From: Tubiluchus corallicola
Taxonomy: Eukaryota; Animalia; Priapulida
Reading direction: 5' to 3'
DNA length: 64,000 nucleotides
NCBI GenBank assembly: GCA_030141605.1
Contig: JAQGDQ010002367.1
Coordinates: forward strand, 989,065-1,053,064
A program made the position numbers and the translations under genes. The notes beneath the pieces were generated by a model, which did no database searches, was not told where the DNA came from, and saw only the letters and a list, made by a program, of their open reading frames with translations. How positions within the stretch are numbered: the first letter of the stretch is position 1; every line of letters begins with the position of its first letter. This document shows, one piece after another, positions 10,480 to 24,100 of this stretch.

Positions 10480-12560
10480 TTGCACTCGTTTTAGGATGTC
10501 AGTGTTCTTCTTAAAGTATAGATCCCAAACTTGACTTACATAATCTATGTGAGGTCTAATGATAGGTATATAAAGAGGTAATATTACGAGGATCTTGTGG
10601 AAATTGTGTTTGATATGAGTCCAAGAAGTTGATTGCCTTTCTTCACTTTGCTAGCATTATGGCTGCGGAAGTTGAGACTGGCATCAGTGGTAAGTCCTAA
10701 GTCTACTTCTAGGTCACTCCGATATGGTGTGTAGTACATTTTGAATTTGTTCTGTTTGCTGTATGGAGCTCACAGTATTGGCAAGTTTTGTGTCATCAGC
10801 GAATTTCAAGAGCATAGAACAGATTCCTTGGTCTAGACTCTAGATCATCAATGAAGATCAGGAACAGCAATGGCCCGAGAACACTTCACTGAGGAACTCT
10901 GGGATAAAACTGGCACTTGTGATGATTTAACACCTTGGATCTCAACATATTGTGTTCTACCAATCATTCATTTCCTAATCCTTGTATGGAGAGAAAATGC
11001 CACAGACTTCTAGTTTCAAGAGCAGTTATTGATGAGGTACTTTGTCAAACGCCTTGATAAGATCAAAGTAAATCATATTTACAGTATTCCCTTTATCAGT
11101 ACTTGATAAAACAATTTCAAAAAATTCCAGAAGGTTACTGGTAACAGAGCTTTTGCTTAAAAAACCATGCTGAGATTTGTTAAGCAACCGAAATGTCATA
11201 AGGTGATCAAGAATCGCTTTGGAGATATTCTTTCCATAATTTTGCCAGTAGTGCTGGATAAGGCAATAAGGCAATTCTTAGGAAGACTTTTAGGACCTTT
11301 TTTATGTATTGGAGTAATTCACATAGTTGTACAGTTCCAGAGCTCATTGAGCAGCATTAATTAGTAACATTGGATGAATACTATCTTGACCAGCAGATGA
11401 GTTCTTTCTGAGTGATATTATTACCTTGTTTACTTTGTTGGGGTGAAAATCCACGTTACACACTAAGGTGCGAATCAAAAGAAGCATGTACGGCATGTTT
11501 CACGTCCATGTTTTTTCGTGTGAATGCACTGAAGAACTGTTTGTTAAGAATTTCTGCCGTAGTTTGTGGGTCAGATGTATCATTATCCAAGCTTAAAGGT
11601 CCTACTCATGGTCAACAGAGTTGATTATGATTTACATATGACCAAAGTGATTTACTGTTATGTTTTAGATTGTCAATTAGGTTGTTTTGTTAGTTCTCTT
11701 CACACTTCTTAAAACACCATGCATCAAACGTTCTTTTATAAACAGCAAAATCAGTTGGGTCTAAGGTATGCTTGCAGGTTCTGTATTTATTACGTTTGCT
11801 GTTTAGCGCAAGTTTACATTTGCGGCTAAACTAGGCTGGCTTGCTCTTAGATTTACGAGTTTTGAGTGACACATGTTGTTCAGTAAGTCCTTGCAATTGT
11901 TCGAAAATCAACAACCTGGAAGTCTCAACATCTGCTTCAGCCAGAATGTGTTTTCAAGAGATAGACTCTAACGCTGACATTATGGCTTTGAAAATTTGCC
12001 TTGTAATAGTTGAGATGAAATATCGTAGAGCTATCATTATCATCAATTACCGTAGCACACCAGGTTATTATGGAGTGGTCAGATGTCCTAAAGCTCTCGC
12101 AGATCTCAAGATCGGGCACTAACAACTCATCATTCACCAAAACTAAATCAAGAATAGCATTACCTCTAGTTGATTGAGAAACAAATTATGTAAAAATACA
12201 ATCATGGCAAATATTTGCAAAGTTTGAAAACTTGTCATCACCTGAGAAAGTTGACCAACATCCATTAGCTAAGTTAAAGTCCCCACACAACATGATATCA
12301 GTAGATTGTGCCGTTGTTTGGTTGGTGAACTGGTACAAATTATTGTCATTAAAATAACTGGGGGGGGGGGTACACCACTTCTACAGTTAAAACATGATTA
12401 TGTGGCAGTTTAGTTTAAAGTGTTCTTGAAAGTCTAGCAGATCTATAATTGGTGTACAGTGGTATTTGTCTTTCACTAAAATTGCAATTCCTCCACCAAT
12501 ACGATTATCTCAATCAGCTCCGAAGGTGTTATACAATGGAAATTTGAATGCTGTCATCTA
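10480..12560 (-). mobile_element. Decayed CR1/L2-type LINE (APE endonuclease + reverse transcriptase)
   Basis: Motifs GDFNL, LDLVL and SDHSII (endonuclease); SQHGF and YFDLIKAFDKVPH (RT); many stops and frameshifts. Confidence 0.85.
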
Positions 12561-12588
12561 TGTTGCATGGTCCCTAAGTAAATGGATT

Positions 12589-13658
12589 TAGGGATGTTAA
12601 AGATACAAATTTGGCAATACGAAACGATACTTTTTTCCAACGATACAATAAGGATAATCCACTTTTTAGGTGATACAATACGATACGATAAATTATTTCG
12701 AGCTATAAAAACAATACTGAAGTTAGAAAATTTATGCAACAACAGAACAAGTATCTTTAATAATTAAAATTATTAAGTGCTATGTACTTAAATGGCTGCT
12801 AGTTATAAAACACAGGTTTTCTGTGTCTTTATGTCTAATAAAGAAGTGCAATACCTAACTATAATTATATTACATTTTAACACACTGTTCACATTCGACA
12901 CTTAAACTAAGTCAGATTAAGTTGGTAGTACTATACACATCACAAATGTAGGCAACTACTATATGGGCTTGCTTCACGATTCCACACCTGTAAATGTTAG
13001 TTAGTGGGCCTGTGATCTATAAAACGTAATTATATTTTTATGTGCTCTCAGTATCACTTATATCTGCTTGGTTTAATTTCTAGAACTCAAGAAGGAACTT
13101 CATATAAATACAAAGTGCTTATGTAAATGAAATTTACACAAATTTACATGGTAGTTTCTCAAAAGCAGCCCATAGTTGCTTGTGGAGCAGAAACTAAGAA
13201 GCTAGGCAGATGGAATGAATCATTTGGCAACTACATCTATATTATAGTTATCACTGACGTCTCTTTCAAGTGTTTAGCCAGATTTGTGGTTGAGCTGTAA
13301 TACAGGTAATTTTGTTTGCAGTACTTGCAGATGGTGAACGTTTATGAACCGTCACTAAAAAAAGTAAAATGGTTCTGATAAATTTCTAGGTACTGTTTTC
13401 AGTCATGATTTCTGCTAAACAGTCAGGCTGCTGATGAAGAGTTAGTTGCGCGTATAGGGTATACGTTATAGTCAAAGTACAGCGTATTTAGCAACTGTGC
13501 ATCAGTATGATTCAAAAATCAAAATGAAGGTATCCATTATTGCCAGGCAAAAGTAATTTTGGGTAATTAATCTAAATATAATGGAAAAACAAAGTGAAGC
13601 GATTTTATAAAGGTGATCAATAAGCAACGATACACGCGATATGATAATGACATTCCTA
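12589..13658. mobile_element. hAT-like non-autonomous element with CGATA(C) subterminal repeats
   Basis: Left end TAGGGATGT, right end GACATTCCTA. A related partial copy near 34325-34640 shares the left end and the internal cagyatgattca...ccattattgmcaggcaaaa segment. Confidence 0.55.
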
Positions 13659-13982
13659 TAATATTATTGATACGATAACGATAAAAGTGAATTTTTCGTA
13701 TTGATATGGATAATTTTGATACGTGATATAGTATCAATATGATAATTCATAACTTATGATAACTTTGTTGTTTTTAAGGTATCTAACCTGTGGGAAAAGG
13801 ACATACCAGTGGTGAGATAGCCAAGATACTGTTACGTGTGTAACCTCACTATTCCAAGACTGCTTTGTGCTGTCATACATAAAGATTGAATCTTTTGAAC
13901 AACCGTGCCACAGCAATCATAAATAACTCTATTGAGGAGGATTTGTATTAAGTCTGCCGAGCAATTCTGTTAAGCACGAAAA

Positions 13983-14594
13983 ATGAATGTATGTCGCAAT
14001 TGCGTGTTAGCAACTTTAAGAATTCATTTCTCGGTGTCCCAGCTGCACTTTGATAGAACTGATATTGGTCGTTATGGCATTGTTAATAAATTTCAAGCTT
14101 TGCTGTTCTTGATACGTTCTTGCAGAAAAGTGACAAGTGCCTTCTCGGGAAAAACATGTTTTTCTCAATACACAGGCGGTTTCCTTGGTCAAAATTTTGG
14201 CTGTGGCTTTCAAGCAAAGCAACCCCAAAGACACAAACATACTTCATATATGGAATACATTTCTCCAATAGTGAAGGAAGACGATCTCGAAGAAAAATTT
14301 GTGAAAGGATTTGGTCCTGGTGGTCAGGCGACTAACAAAACATCAAATTGTGTCGTTCTGAAACACCAGCCCAGTGGAATTGTTGTGAAATGTCACATGA
14401 CACGTTCTCTCGATCAAAACAGAAAAATGGCGCGCAAGCTGCTGTTGGAAAAACTCGATGTTTTTTATAATGGAGAGCAAAGTGAAACTGCAAGGAAAAA
14501 GCAGCTTTATGTTAAGAAACGTCTAGAAAAAAAGAGGAAGTCAAAATTATTGTTGAAAAGAAAACTGGCTTTCAAAGAGAGTAACGAACAATGA
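13983..14594 (+). CDS. MTRFR: Mitochondrial translation release factor in rescue (C12orf65-like peptidyl-tRNA hydrolase), single coding exon
   Basis: [51 protein letters not shown] (RF-1 GGQ domain), lysine-rich C-terminal helix, N-terminal targeting-like extension. The true start codon is uncertain. Confidence 0.92.
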   Translation: MNVCRNCVLATLRIHFSVSQLHFDRTDIGRYGIVNKFQALLFLIRSCRKVTSAFSGKTCFSQYTGGFLGQNFGCGFQAKQPQRHKHTSYMEYISPIVKEDDLEEKFVKGFGPGGQATNKTSNCVVLKHQPSGIVVKCHMTRSLDQNRKMARKLLLEKLDVFYNGEQSETARKKQLYVKKRLEKKRKSKLLLKRKLAFKESNEQ

Positions 14595-17500
14595 ATGTCC
14601 ATAAATGTTACTCAAATCAATAAGCGGTGTACATAAGAACACCACTGTTGCAGTAGAACATGGTTTGGTTCTGTAAGATAGCACTTGAATAGCAACTTGT
14701 CAACTTTTTTATCGTTTTATCTGGCTGATAAACAGTAATACATTTTTAGTGGTAATGACTAACTCTAAAATTTTTCTGAGTTAGAATTGGTTAAATTTAG
14801 TGAAAAGGTTTTCTATGAAAATGTGTTATTTATTATAAATCTAATTTATTTTATTTGGTATCAAATGTTTAACAAGCAAAATAATTGACACCTTTAGACC
14901 ATAATTAAAAATAATCTCTGGTCTCAAATACCTGGAAAATTGTTGCTTAACTAATTGATCAAGGTAATTTCACCTTAGAAGTTGAGTTCTCTTTATTTTT
15001 CAACTTTACATGCTCATAGCCGTATTAACTTGTGGATGGGTAACAATACTTACTTTTGCATATGTGTTGCACAGAAATGACACACAGTATCCAATTAGCA
15101 AAACTATAGAAAACTAGAGCAATGAATGTAAAATATGCTGAGTTTGCAGTTTATTGTCAATGTCCTGCATTTACGCTGTATAATATGTCAAATTTCAAAG
15201 TAGCAAAATATGAGTAGCACAAGACACATAATTCCCCATCATCATAATCACCCAAACGTTAGTGTAATATTATGAAGTGGGACAGGGGAAGACCAAAAAA
15301 AGGTCATCTAGTCACTGTTATAAATAAGCCTCTAAGTTAATATTTAAAAATAAGAAATACTGCAATTAGTATTAAATAATAAAATGTTTGAGTGTTGGTC
15401 AATTAGTGCCATGATTTTCTTCATTGAATTAATAATCTGTACTGTGCAAGTCACTAGTCATTTGTACTTCTCCCATTAGTAAAGATACAAGAGTAACTAG
15501 ACTGATTTCAGCATAATAAGATTTTGCTGAAGACCAGTGTTGTCCGTTAATAACTGTGTTAGATTAAAAAAGTGGTAGCACTGATTAACTCGTACAACAC
15601 ATTCTGTTTGGAAACGGGAAGTAACTCAAGGTTCTGTTCCTGCCACCACCATCAACATAGCATGCAGCCTGTGCTACTGAATGCTTGATACTGGCTGTCA
15701 GTGTGGCTAAGTATATAATTATAATGCAGTGACCTTATACATCATTAGTATTTCACATCGGGTCCTCATGGTCGTTGGGTGGAAATGTCAAACAACTGAT
15801 AATTTCCGCACTTACTAACTTCGTAATGTCTTTATGTAATGGCTCAGACTTGATCTAGTTGTCTGGAAAGTTCTTTGTCTTGATATAGTTGTTACAGCCT
15901 GAACTAGACAGAATCCGAGTTTCATGTGTCATGTTAATATAACAAGCTTTGATTTGTAATTTTGCAATAATGCAAAAACAGAGACAACTGAAGAAAAAAC
16001 ACTGTAAAAGATTAATCATATTATTTTTTATTGCATTTTTTCTCTACCTGATTCAAGTATTTGATCGGAATCAAATTTAATAATCTACCCACATTCTGTA
16101 TCCAGAGAGTGGTTTGAAAAATAGCAAATGATACCCTGTACTTGCTATATGCCAAAAAATGTGTATGCTTACATCATTTAGACATTACTCTGCATATTAT
16201 AGAAGTGAAGGCTAGTCACAACAAGAAAATGTTCACAGCAAAGGTGATATCCTGCAGTTATAAAAAATACTTAGTTTTCAAAATTTCTCAGCTCATTCAG
16301 TATTCAGTACACTTAATGTGAAACAATAATGGTTGCAGTAGCAGGTTCATCTCAATGGAATACTAGAAACAATCTCTTACACATATTGCAACGCTTGTAA
16401 CGATACTTTCAATTTGTACTTAATGTTTGTGTTACTATCAAAATTGTTAAATACAAAAAGCTATCTACAGAATTTTGACAAAAGCAGTAAAAATATCATA
16501 TCTCTAAAAAGTTATCAAAATAGCAATTAGGCCCATTATAAGCACGTTTGATATGCAGCATACAGTTAAACATTGTAAGGTTTAACAATATCTTTCTCTA
16601 TAAAATGTATAAAACAACAAACAGTTAAACTTGTAGCAAAATATACATATCATAAAAATTTTAACATCTAAACTGCTAGCATGTAAAGCGAAAGTAACTA
16701 ACACAAGATTCGCTATTTGATAAAAAGTGATTGACACACGAAATGGCTCAAAAACAAAATAAGCTAAAAACAGCTATTAGTATCAAGCCATGGCAATGAT
16801 TGTCATAATCATATTTTCAAACATACTCCAAATGTACTAGCACTCCCAAGTAAACAAAAGATTTGCATGAAAAAATGCAAAAACTGATGAAACTTGTCGA
16901 TATAGTATAGTACTGCCTTTTACATAACACAGATACGTAGAAAGTAAGTGCAAAAATAATATTCAGACACTATATTATAAACATCAGAAAATTAAAGCTA
17001 GAAACTACACGACATTTAATAGAATACATCTGTACATAATCTCATTTATTCTTTAATGCAGAAAACAACCCAATTTTCAATAGTCTCAAAACGCTGTGCA
17101 CGTTAAACTGTACAACTTCAAATTTAAAAATCCGTAATTTAAAATGCTGTGAAGTTTAGGGGAAAAGGTTATGAAATAACTTGAGACAGTTTCAAACCAT
17201 TGGCATAGTGAGCTGGGTAATTCATATGCATGTATATTGTTTTCATGTTAACATTTTTAACACTTTTTTAACAAATAATATTTGAGTATGCACAGTGGGT
17301 GTATAGAATATTGTGAAATGAGTCGATAACCTTTAAACAACTATTTAAACGTGTGACTGTGTAGCATATGTTTTAATCACAATCATTTCATCACAATTAA
17401 GAGACGAATATTTGAGTACACTACATATTACATATATGAGATGAATGAGATCAAATACTAAGTAAATGTTTCTGTTATATGTAAACTATTTTCATATGCT

Positions 17501-18176
17501 ACAGTCTGACATGATATCATAATTGATAAAATAGTTATTTTTGTGCTATTAAAAACAAAAACTGGATACAAAAATTGTAAGAGCACCACAGTTTGTTGGC
17601 AAAATACACATAATATCCAAACCGTATGAAAACATACTACTGTACTCGTTAAATCTTACTCAGTGCATGATTATAACATAAAATATGAAGTGCACTGTTA
17701 GTCATTAATAATTATCATTTTTCTACTAATCTGCTCTATTTTGCTTATTGGTAATTTCTATCTACTGACAAAAGTGCAACAATGTCCAACTGTTTTGTGT
17801 GCTTTGATAGACAAGATAAAATTAATGTTTACATGCGTGTAAAAATGCACACTCAACGAAATTAAAACAAGCTAGAAATGCTGATATTTAATCCAGTCAA
17901 CATTTACTCGTTGCCATGAAAGAATCTGTAAAATTTTCAAATGTGACGTGCTCACGTTGCAGTCATTATTGACAATTTACTACTAAGACCAGCAAACTAC
18001 TCTAAACAGTCTAAGAGAAGTAGGAATTGATATGAAAAGAGATTCATCCTGATCTTTGATCGGAGATTGCTGATAATCACGACTCATCAATAAAGAATTT
18101 ACTGTTTAGCAAACAGCAATGATGAGTACAGATAAATTTCAAATTCAAATAATGAGAAGCATCGTTTCAATGTCAG

Positions 18177-21100
18177 TTATAATCGACACTCCTCCATTTC
18201 TTGAGGCACTTGTACAAGATCGTCGCTCTCTACAGTACTTGTTGTCAAAGCTGCAAAGTCTGATTCCGTAAGTAAGTTAGCACTTTTGCCTTTTCCTTTT
18301 CCCCGTGATTTTGTTTTCCGTAAACGATGATGAGACGAAGCTCTCATTTCTTGCATCATCGCTTCAATATCAGAGCTCGAAGTGGAATCCACCTGGTCAA
18401 ATTTTGGGACAATTAACCGCGATGCCATTTTACACGGTTGATACAGTTCTTCAAAATTTTCCTGCGAACTCGACGACTTGGGACTGTGACTTGAACAAGA
18501 AGGTGATTTGAGCGAAATACTACTGTTCTGTCGCACACAAATGCGTGGATTCATTGATCTAAACAGATCATCCTCAAGGTCACTTGCACAAAAATCCAAA
18601 TTCATTTCTATTGGCAACTCAATGTCATCTTGAACAAATTCAAAGTGGTTATCAACACCGTAGCCCTCACTGTTGTTGCCACTGTAGCTGGTATCATAGT
18701 TATACAAGCAATCACTGTTAATGCTGTAACTGTCGAGCTGGGAAGCGCGTGCATGTCGTTCTCGAAGCAAATGCAGCATTTCAAATTCCAGCTGATTTCT
18801 CACAGTTACTTCTCTGTCTTTGTCCGGGTCGTTTTGCAACAAGTACTCGGCAATCTCACGATCGTGAGACAGTAAGCGTTGCCTTATCTTTGAAATTTTT
18901 TGTTCAACGGCAAAGTGGTTCAAATCAGGAAACAGGTTACATGGATCTTCAGTACTACATCTGTTCAGGTATGTCAGTGTATCTTGTTCATTCACCGACT
19001 GCTGAGAATCTCGATGAATCACTGACTGTTGGCCGTCTTGTTGAATCATTGGTTGAGAGTTTTGTTGAGTCACTGGCTGGTGACCAGTAATCGACGTCAT
19101 TCTGATCAAAAGCTCATCCACTTGGTACTGCACCTCAGCTAATGTCAGTTCAGCAGGAAGAGGAATATCCTCCTTACTTTTACCACTATGGTCGCCCTCA
19201 TCTTCATCTTCATCGTCCTCAACGTCAGCACCACAGAAAACAGCAAAAATCAGATCGATCATTCTATTCCACATGATAACACCCATTTCTTTATATGTGA
19301 GTGGTATTCTGCTAGGTGTTTGATAATTTTCATAGTTGAGATTTAATATGGCTTTCATAAAAGCATTTAAGAGCATAAAAACTAGAAAAAGAAAACTAAT
19401 TATGTAAAGTGATGTGAAAGTATGTTTCTGTTCTATGTTTTTTTTAATGTCATGATTTCTTGTTATTAGATCCATCAAGCTTCCCGTGCCAGACACAAAG
19501 TTGCGAAAACTTGTTGAGAAAGTACCAAAACAAAGTACACCCAGAACACTGTATGCTGATATCAGTACAGCAAACATAACTGCGAACATGGAAATTTCCT
19601 TTGCTCCAGCTTTATAGATGTGGCCAAACTTTGCGATTGTGTTGTTGTAGCGGTACAGGCGCAGTGCTTTTACTATCCAAAGAAAGATAATAGAGCCAAG
19701 TATAGTATTAATAATGCTTTCCCACATCATTGCAAAACCCAAATCAATGTAAACCTCACTGTATGTCACTCTCATTGCTTCTACAATGCCATAGACTATG
19801 AAAAACCTATAAACTGAACAAATCATCCACATTATTGACATAGCTAGGAACAACCCATGTATGTAGTTCCAAAAGCTTTCAAGGTAGCGTCGTCTATATT
19901 TCAGGCTTCTGTAAATTTCAGTCTTAATGCTGTACAGAACAACGAAAACAAATATCATCTCCCAGACCCATAATAAGGTATCAGTTGGAGACGTGTATTT
20001 GTGTAAATGCATGGAGTCTACAACAGGACGAGGAAATGCTGATCCAACAGAAGGAAACTCTACTGTAAGCAGAACACGACTGAAAAGATTTGTTGGTGCA
20101 TTGTATAAAGAAAATTCAACGATTACAGTTTGCGTTTGTGCATCCAACCACTTTTCCGCTTCTAATTTCAATAGTTTGTTTCGGCATTCTTGTTCGTGTC
20201 TGGGTAATTTTACAATATGTCCGCTGTTTTCACGTAGTAGCTTGATAGGCATAAATAGCCAAGAATTAGCAGTTTCTGATGTTGGTTGTTCATGGTAGTC
20301 ATGTCTACAGTATGAAGAAATGTTTGCATCGCAAGAACTCACAGAAACCTTTACCTGACGCAGAATAACTTGACCAATAAGGAAGCTGGTTCCACCCATT
20401 ATGGGTTGAAGGCCTTTGGAAGGTTTAGTATTTGCAAACAATGCAGAAGTCATGTCATTGTGGCACCACGTCCACCAGTCAGACTGTGATCGTATTTTTG
20501 TAAACGGCATAATTGGTGTGTTCACAAAAGCATTACTGATAGACATGTTCAGCAGAGATGAACTGCTCCTGTCTTTGCTAAATGCTAACAGTAAAAGCAG
20601 CAATAACAGCGCACAGTAACTGATGACATCAGAAATGATTCGAAAGGTCTGCTTTTCCTTCATTGTTTGTTCTCTGGCTTCCAAAAGTTGTTTTTCTGGA
20701 GGTGGACGTGCAAATCTTAAATACCTAGAGCGAGCTCTTGCTGCAATCCCGCGTGTTATGGCATCTACATCAGATAACACATTCGCTACACTTGCAGCCA
20801 AGTCAGCCAAGTGCAGTTTTCCATTATTTAGATTGCTTAAATATATGGAAATGGAATTACGGCACCTAGTAGCTATATAAATTGCAAATAGAGTGATTAG
20901 AAAAGGTTGCACAATAAAAATGCTAGACAAAAGTGCTACGTATGTACTCTGAAGCCAAAAGATAGTACATGTACGGCCAAAATGATAAGCATATATAATA
21001 GTGAAATATCCTGCCGCACACGCCAATGCAAAGCATAACACCCAAGGTATTATGATGCACCATGCTGGCAAAAGAATGCATTTTGAACATGGCTTCATCT

Positions 21101-21180
21101 TTAGTTGTTCACATCCAGGCACTGATGATGACAGAGCTTCCTTGTACTGATTATCTTCACTCTTAATATAAGATAGTTTT
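18177..21180 (-). CDS. Polycystin terminal exon: transmembrane segments, TOP domain, channel-like region and long cytoplasmic tail
   Basis: ORF 18177-21206 with multiple hydrophobic helices and polycystin motifs; acceptor TTTTTCAG at 21181. Confidence 0.92.
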
Positions 21181-24100
21181 CTGAAAAATAACGTAAAACC
21201 GGACATGAGGAATGCAGTTTGCCAAATTTTATAGTGTCACTGCAATAGCTGTTACTGTAAGATCATTATAAATCATATCAGTTGGTGTTTAAAAGCCACA
21301 TTATTCAACCTAAGAGAACATATAAGTGAAAAAATAAGAAATGGCATTATTTTAACAAATTTTTGAGACCGTCACATTAAGAAGTGTTTCCTTAAACAAA
21401 TTCTAAAGATTGCTATACAATAATTCTCATTCAAAGTAAATAAACTGACTTGAAATACACTATAACTTCTGGGACGGCTTACCTTCTCTAGAGACCAAGT
21501 CTCTGTAAATTCAGGAAACTCAAAGGAGGCTATTAACAGGGGTTTCTTGATATTCAATGCTATTAGCTTTGTTCAAAAATGACAAGCATAATTTTGTCAT
21601 AGGAATCCAAAGCCCTTTTGGGTTTGGTTATCAAATGCAAATGCGTATTAATTTTACTTATAATTATCTTTATTATTGACAATTTATAATTGTAATTATA
21701 ATTATTTTTAATAAGTGAACATTTCATATAAAAGCCTACGTGTGCTTTGCTAGACCTTTGCTACCACCTTTCTAAAGTGCCATCCTAATAATTATGGTAA
21801 AAAATAAATTAGCAAAAAAGGAGTAACCAAAAAAAAACAAGTTAAAAAGGAAGCTAGACTATAAATATTTGAATTTGCACCTGAAAAAACAGGTCTAATA
21901 AAACAACCTGCTTTGTGAATTTTTGGTTGATCATAAAGGCATTGTTGACATAAACCTGCTTTTGCTACTTGTCTGAAAAATTTACATTTCCTTACGAAAG
22001 CATCTGTACTTTTTTAAATACATTAAGACAATCACATTTTTCTAGCTCAAAAAATTCAAATCGAGAATCCAATACAACATTCAGTTTACTGTAAATTCAT
22101 CATTTTCATTACCATTAAATAGTCTTCTTTGTCATTTTATAGTGACGTGATTAGCTTTCTGACAAGAACAGTCATATGTAAAAAATGGTATGTATTTTTG
22201 CCCCTATTGTATCACTACCTTCCCAAATTAGCTGGCAATTAGTAGTGAGTTGTACCCACAATGGGTAATAATTGGTAAAATAAACAGCATATAAAAACAT
22301 TCTAGCAATCACAGTCATAATTTATTAATGATATGCACCTTTGTTGATTAGATGCACTATCAGGTAAACTCGCACAATCTTCAAATCCTGATTCCTCTTC
22401 AGTCACTACAGCTGACTTGCGGACACTTGCTGGACTTCCTGGACTGCTACTATCAAAACAAGATTCTCCCTCCATTCTTTCAGTTTGCTGATGTGTAAGG
22501 TTAGGAGTGGGTGGGTTACTGGTTTGTTGGCCTGTTAGCTGTCTGTAATACAAAAACTGGCTGCTATAAATAAACGTATAAGAACTCAAAGTTCAGTAAG
22601 TCCTTGCTTAGCGAAAGCTAATACGTTTATGCGAAACGTGACATTAAACAAAACGTCATTAAACGAAACCAAGACTTCCAGCAAAGGTAATGTAAAAGAA
22701 TTGAGATATGTCCCAGAGACAAAAATCAATGCTGCTTAAACCATGTAAATTAAACGTATTATGAGTTTTATTCATATTTGTACTGATAAATTTCTTTCTG
22801 TTTGCTTGAAACCACCTATTTTTCTTATCTATATATAGTTAGACCTGCAAGCAGTTTCTCTTTACTTTACGATGAAACCTATATAAAGGCAGTTAGTGGT
22901 TAAATGCCATGGTTCACTATGAAGTTAAGCCCTGGAGCAACCTTGAAACAAGTTCATGTACTAATCTGGTTCCTATAGCAACAGGTTCAATGCAGATGAA
23001 ACTCCTTTGTACAAAATCTAAATTCGAGTGTAGTACAAACAGCCAGAATTTAGTACGTAGTCAGTTGGGAAGCAAAAACATAACAATTGCACTGTTTAGG
23101 TTACTTTGTTTTTTAGAACAGAAAAACGCAATATGTAACATTTTTATGCTTCAAATTAGGTTTAAAAAAAGTTGTTGATAAAATAAAAAATAGCTGTGAG
23201 CAAAGTAAAAAAATTGTCATTAAAATGAAACATGCCTCATTAAGTGAGATAAAGGTGACAAATTATCAGCATCGTTAAAACGAAATGTGGCTAAACAGGG
23301 AGTCGTTAAGCGAGGACTTACAATTCTATTACTCAAGTATTTCTGCGAAGTACAATCAGGCATTCACTCTTACTTACTTAGCATCACAAACAGCAACTTG
23401 TACCCTGCTTATTTCTTGTTGTTGAGTGGTCGGCATACCAAAATAACGCACAGCCATAAACAGGGCTCAGAATGCTTGCCAACAATAACATTAAATGTAT
23501 CCGAAAGAAATTTAAAAACCTGTGCTATGTTTAATAAGAAAAACGCCACTACATTTTGCTTTAGATGCAGATTCTGTTTATCATTATTTCTGTTCCTCTC
23601 AAAATGTCTTGATTTGCAGAAAAAACTCACCCATACAGCTGCCAGTCGGCACTGTTAGGGTTGACCGAAGAGTGGAGGAAAGGACTGGACTATGTTGGTG
23701 CCATTCTGATGGATCTTTCAAAGGCTTTTGACTGCCTTCTGCACAATTTATTGTTGGAAAAGTTAAGGTGCTATAATTTATCAGAAAATGCTGTAAATTT
23801 GATCAAGAGCTACCTTACTGACAAAAAACAACTAGTTCATATCGAGGACGTTCAGAGCTCACCCCTTCCTATGGATAAAGGCATTCCACAGGTATCTTTA
23901 ACTGGACCTGTACTTTTTAATTGTTTTATTAATGATATCTTGCATTTTATCAGTAAATCCACCTTGTACAACTATGCTGATGACAATGCTGTTTCTTACT
24001 CCAGTAAATCGTTTAACGATATGAAACAAACCTTGTTTGTTTGAAAGTAACGCACTGGTCGACTGGTTTGCTTCCAACCAGATGGAAGCAAATCCGGGGA

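Noticed and set aside
12360-12370. G11 run / G-quadruplex candidate
   Set aside because: A homopolymer expansion at the Y-x-P-P codons of the dead LINE endonuclease.
13734-13916. Minus-strand 60-aa ORF with a donor-like CAG|GTTAG, divergent from MTRFR
   Set aside because: No recognisable homology and no partner exon found.
18305-20880. Plus-strand ORFs overlapping the polycystin terminal exon (likewise 40597-43102 and 3121-3309)
   Set aside because: Antisense shadows of long coding exons, with no independent motifs.
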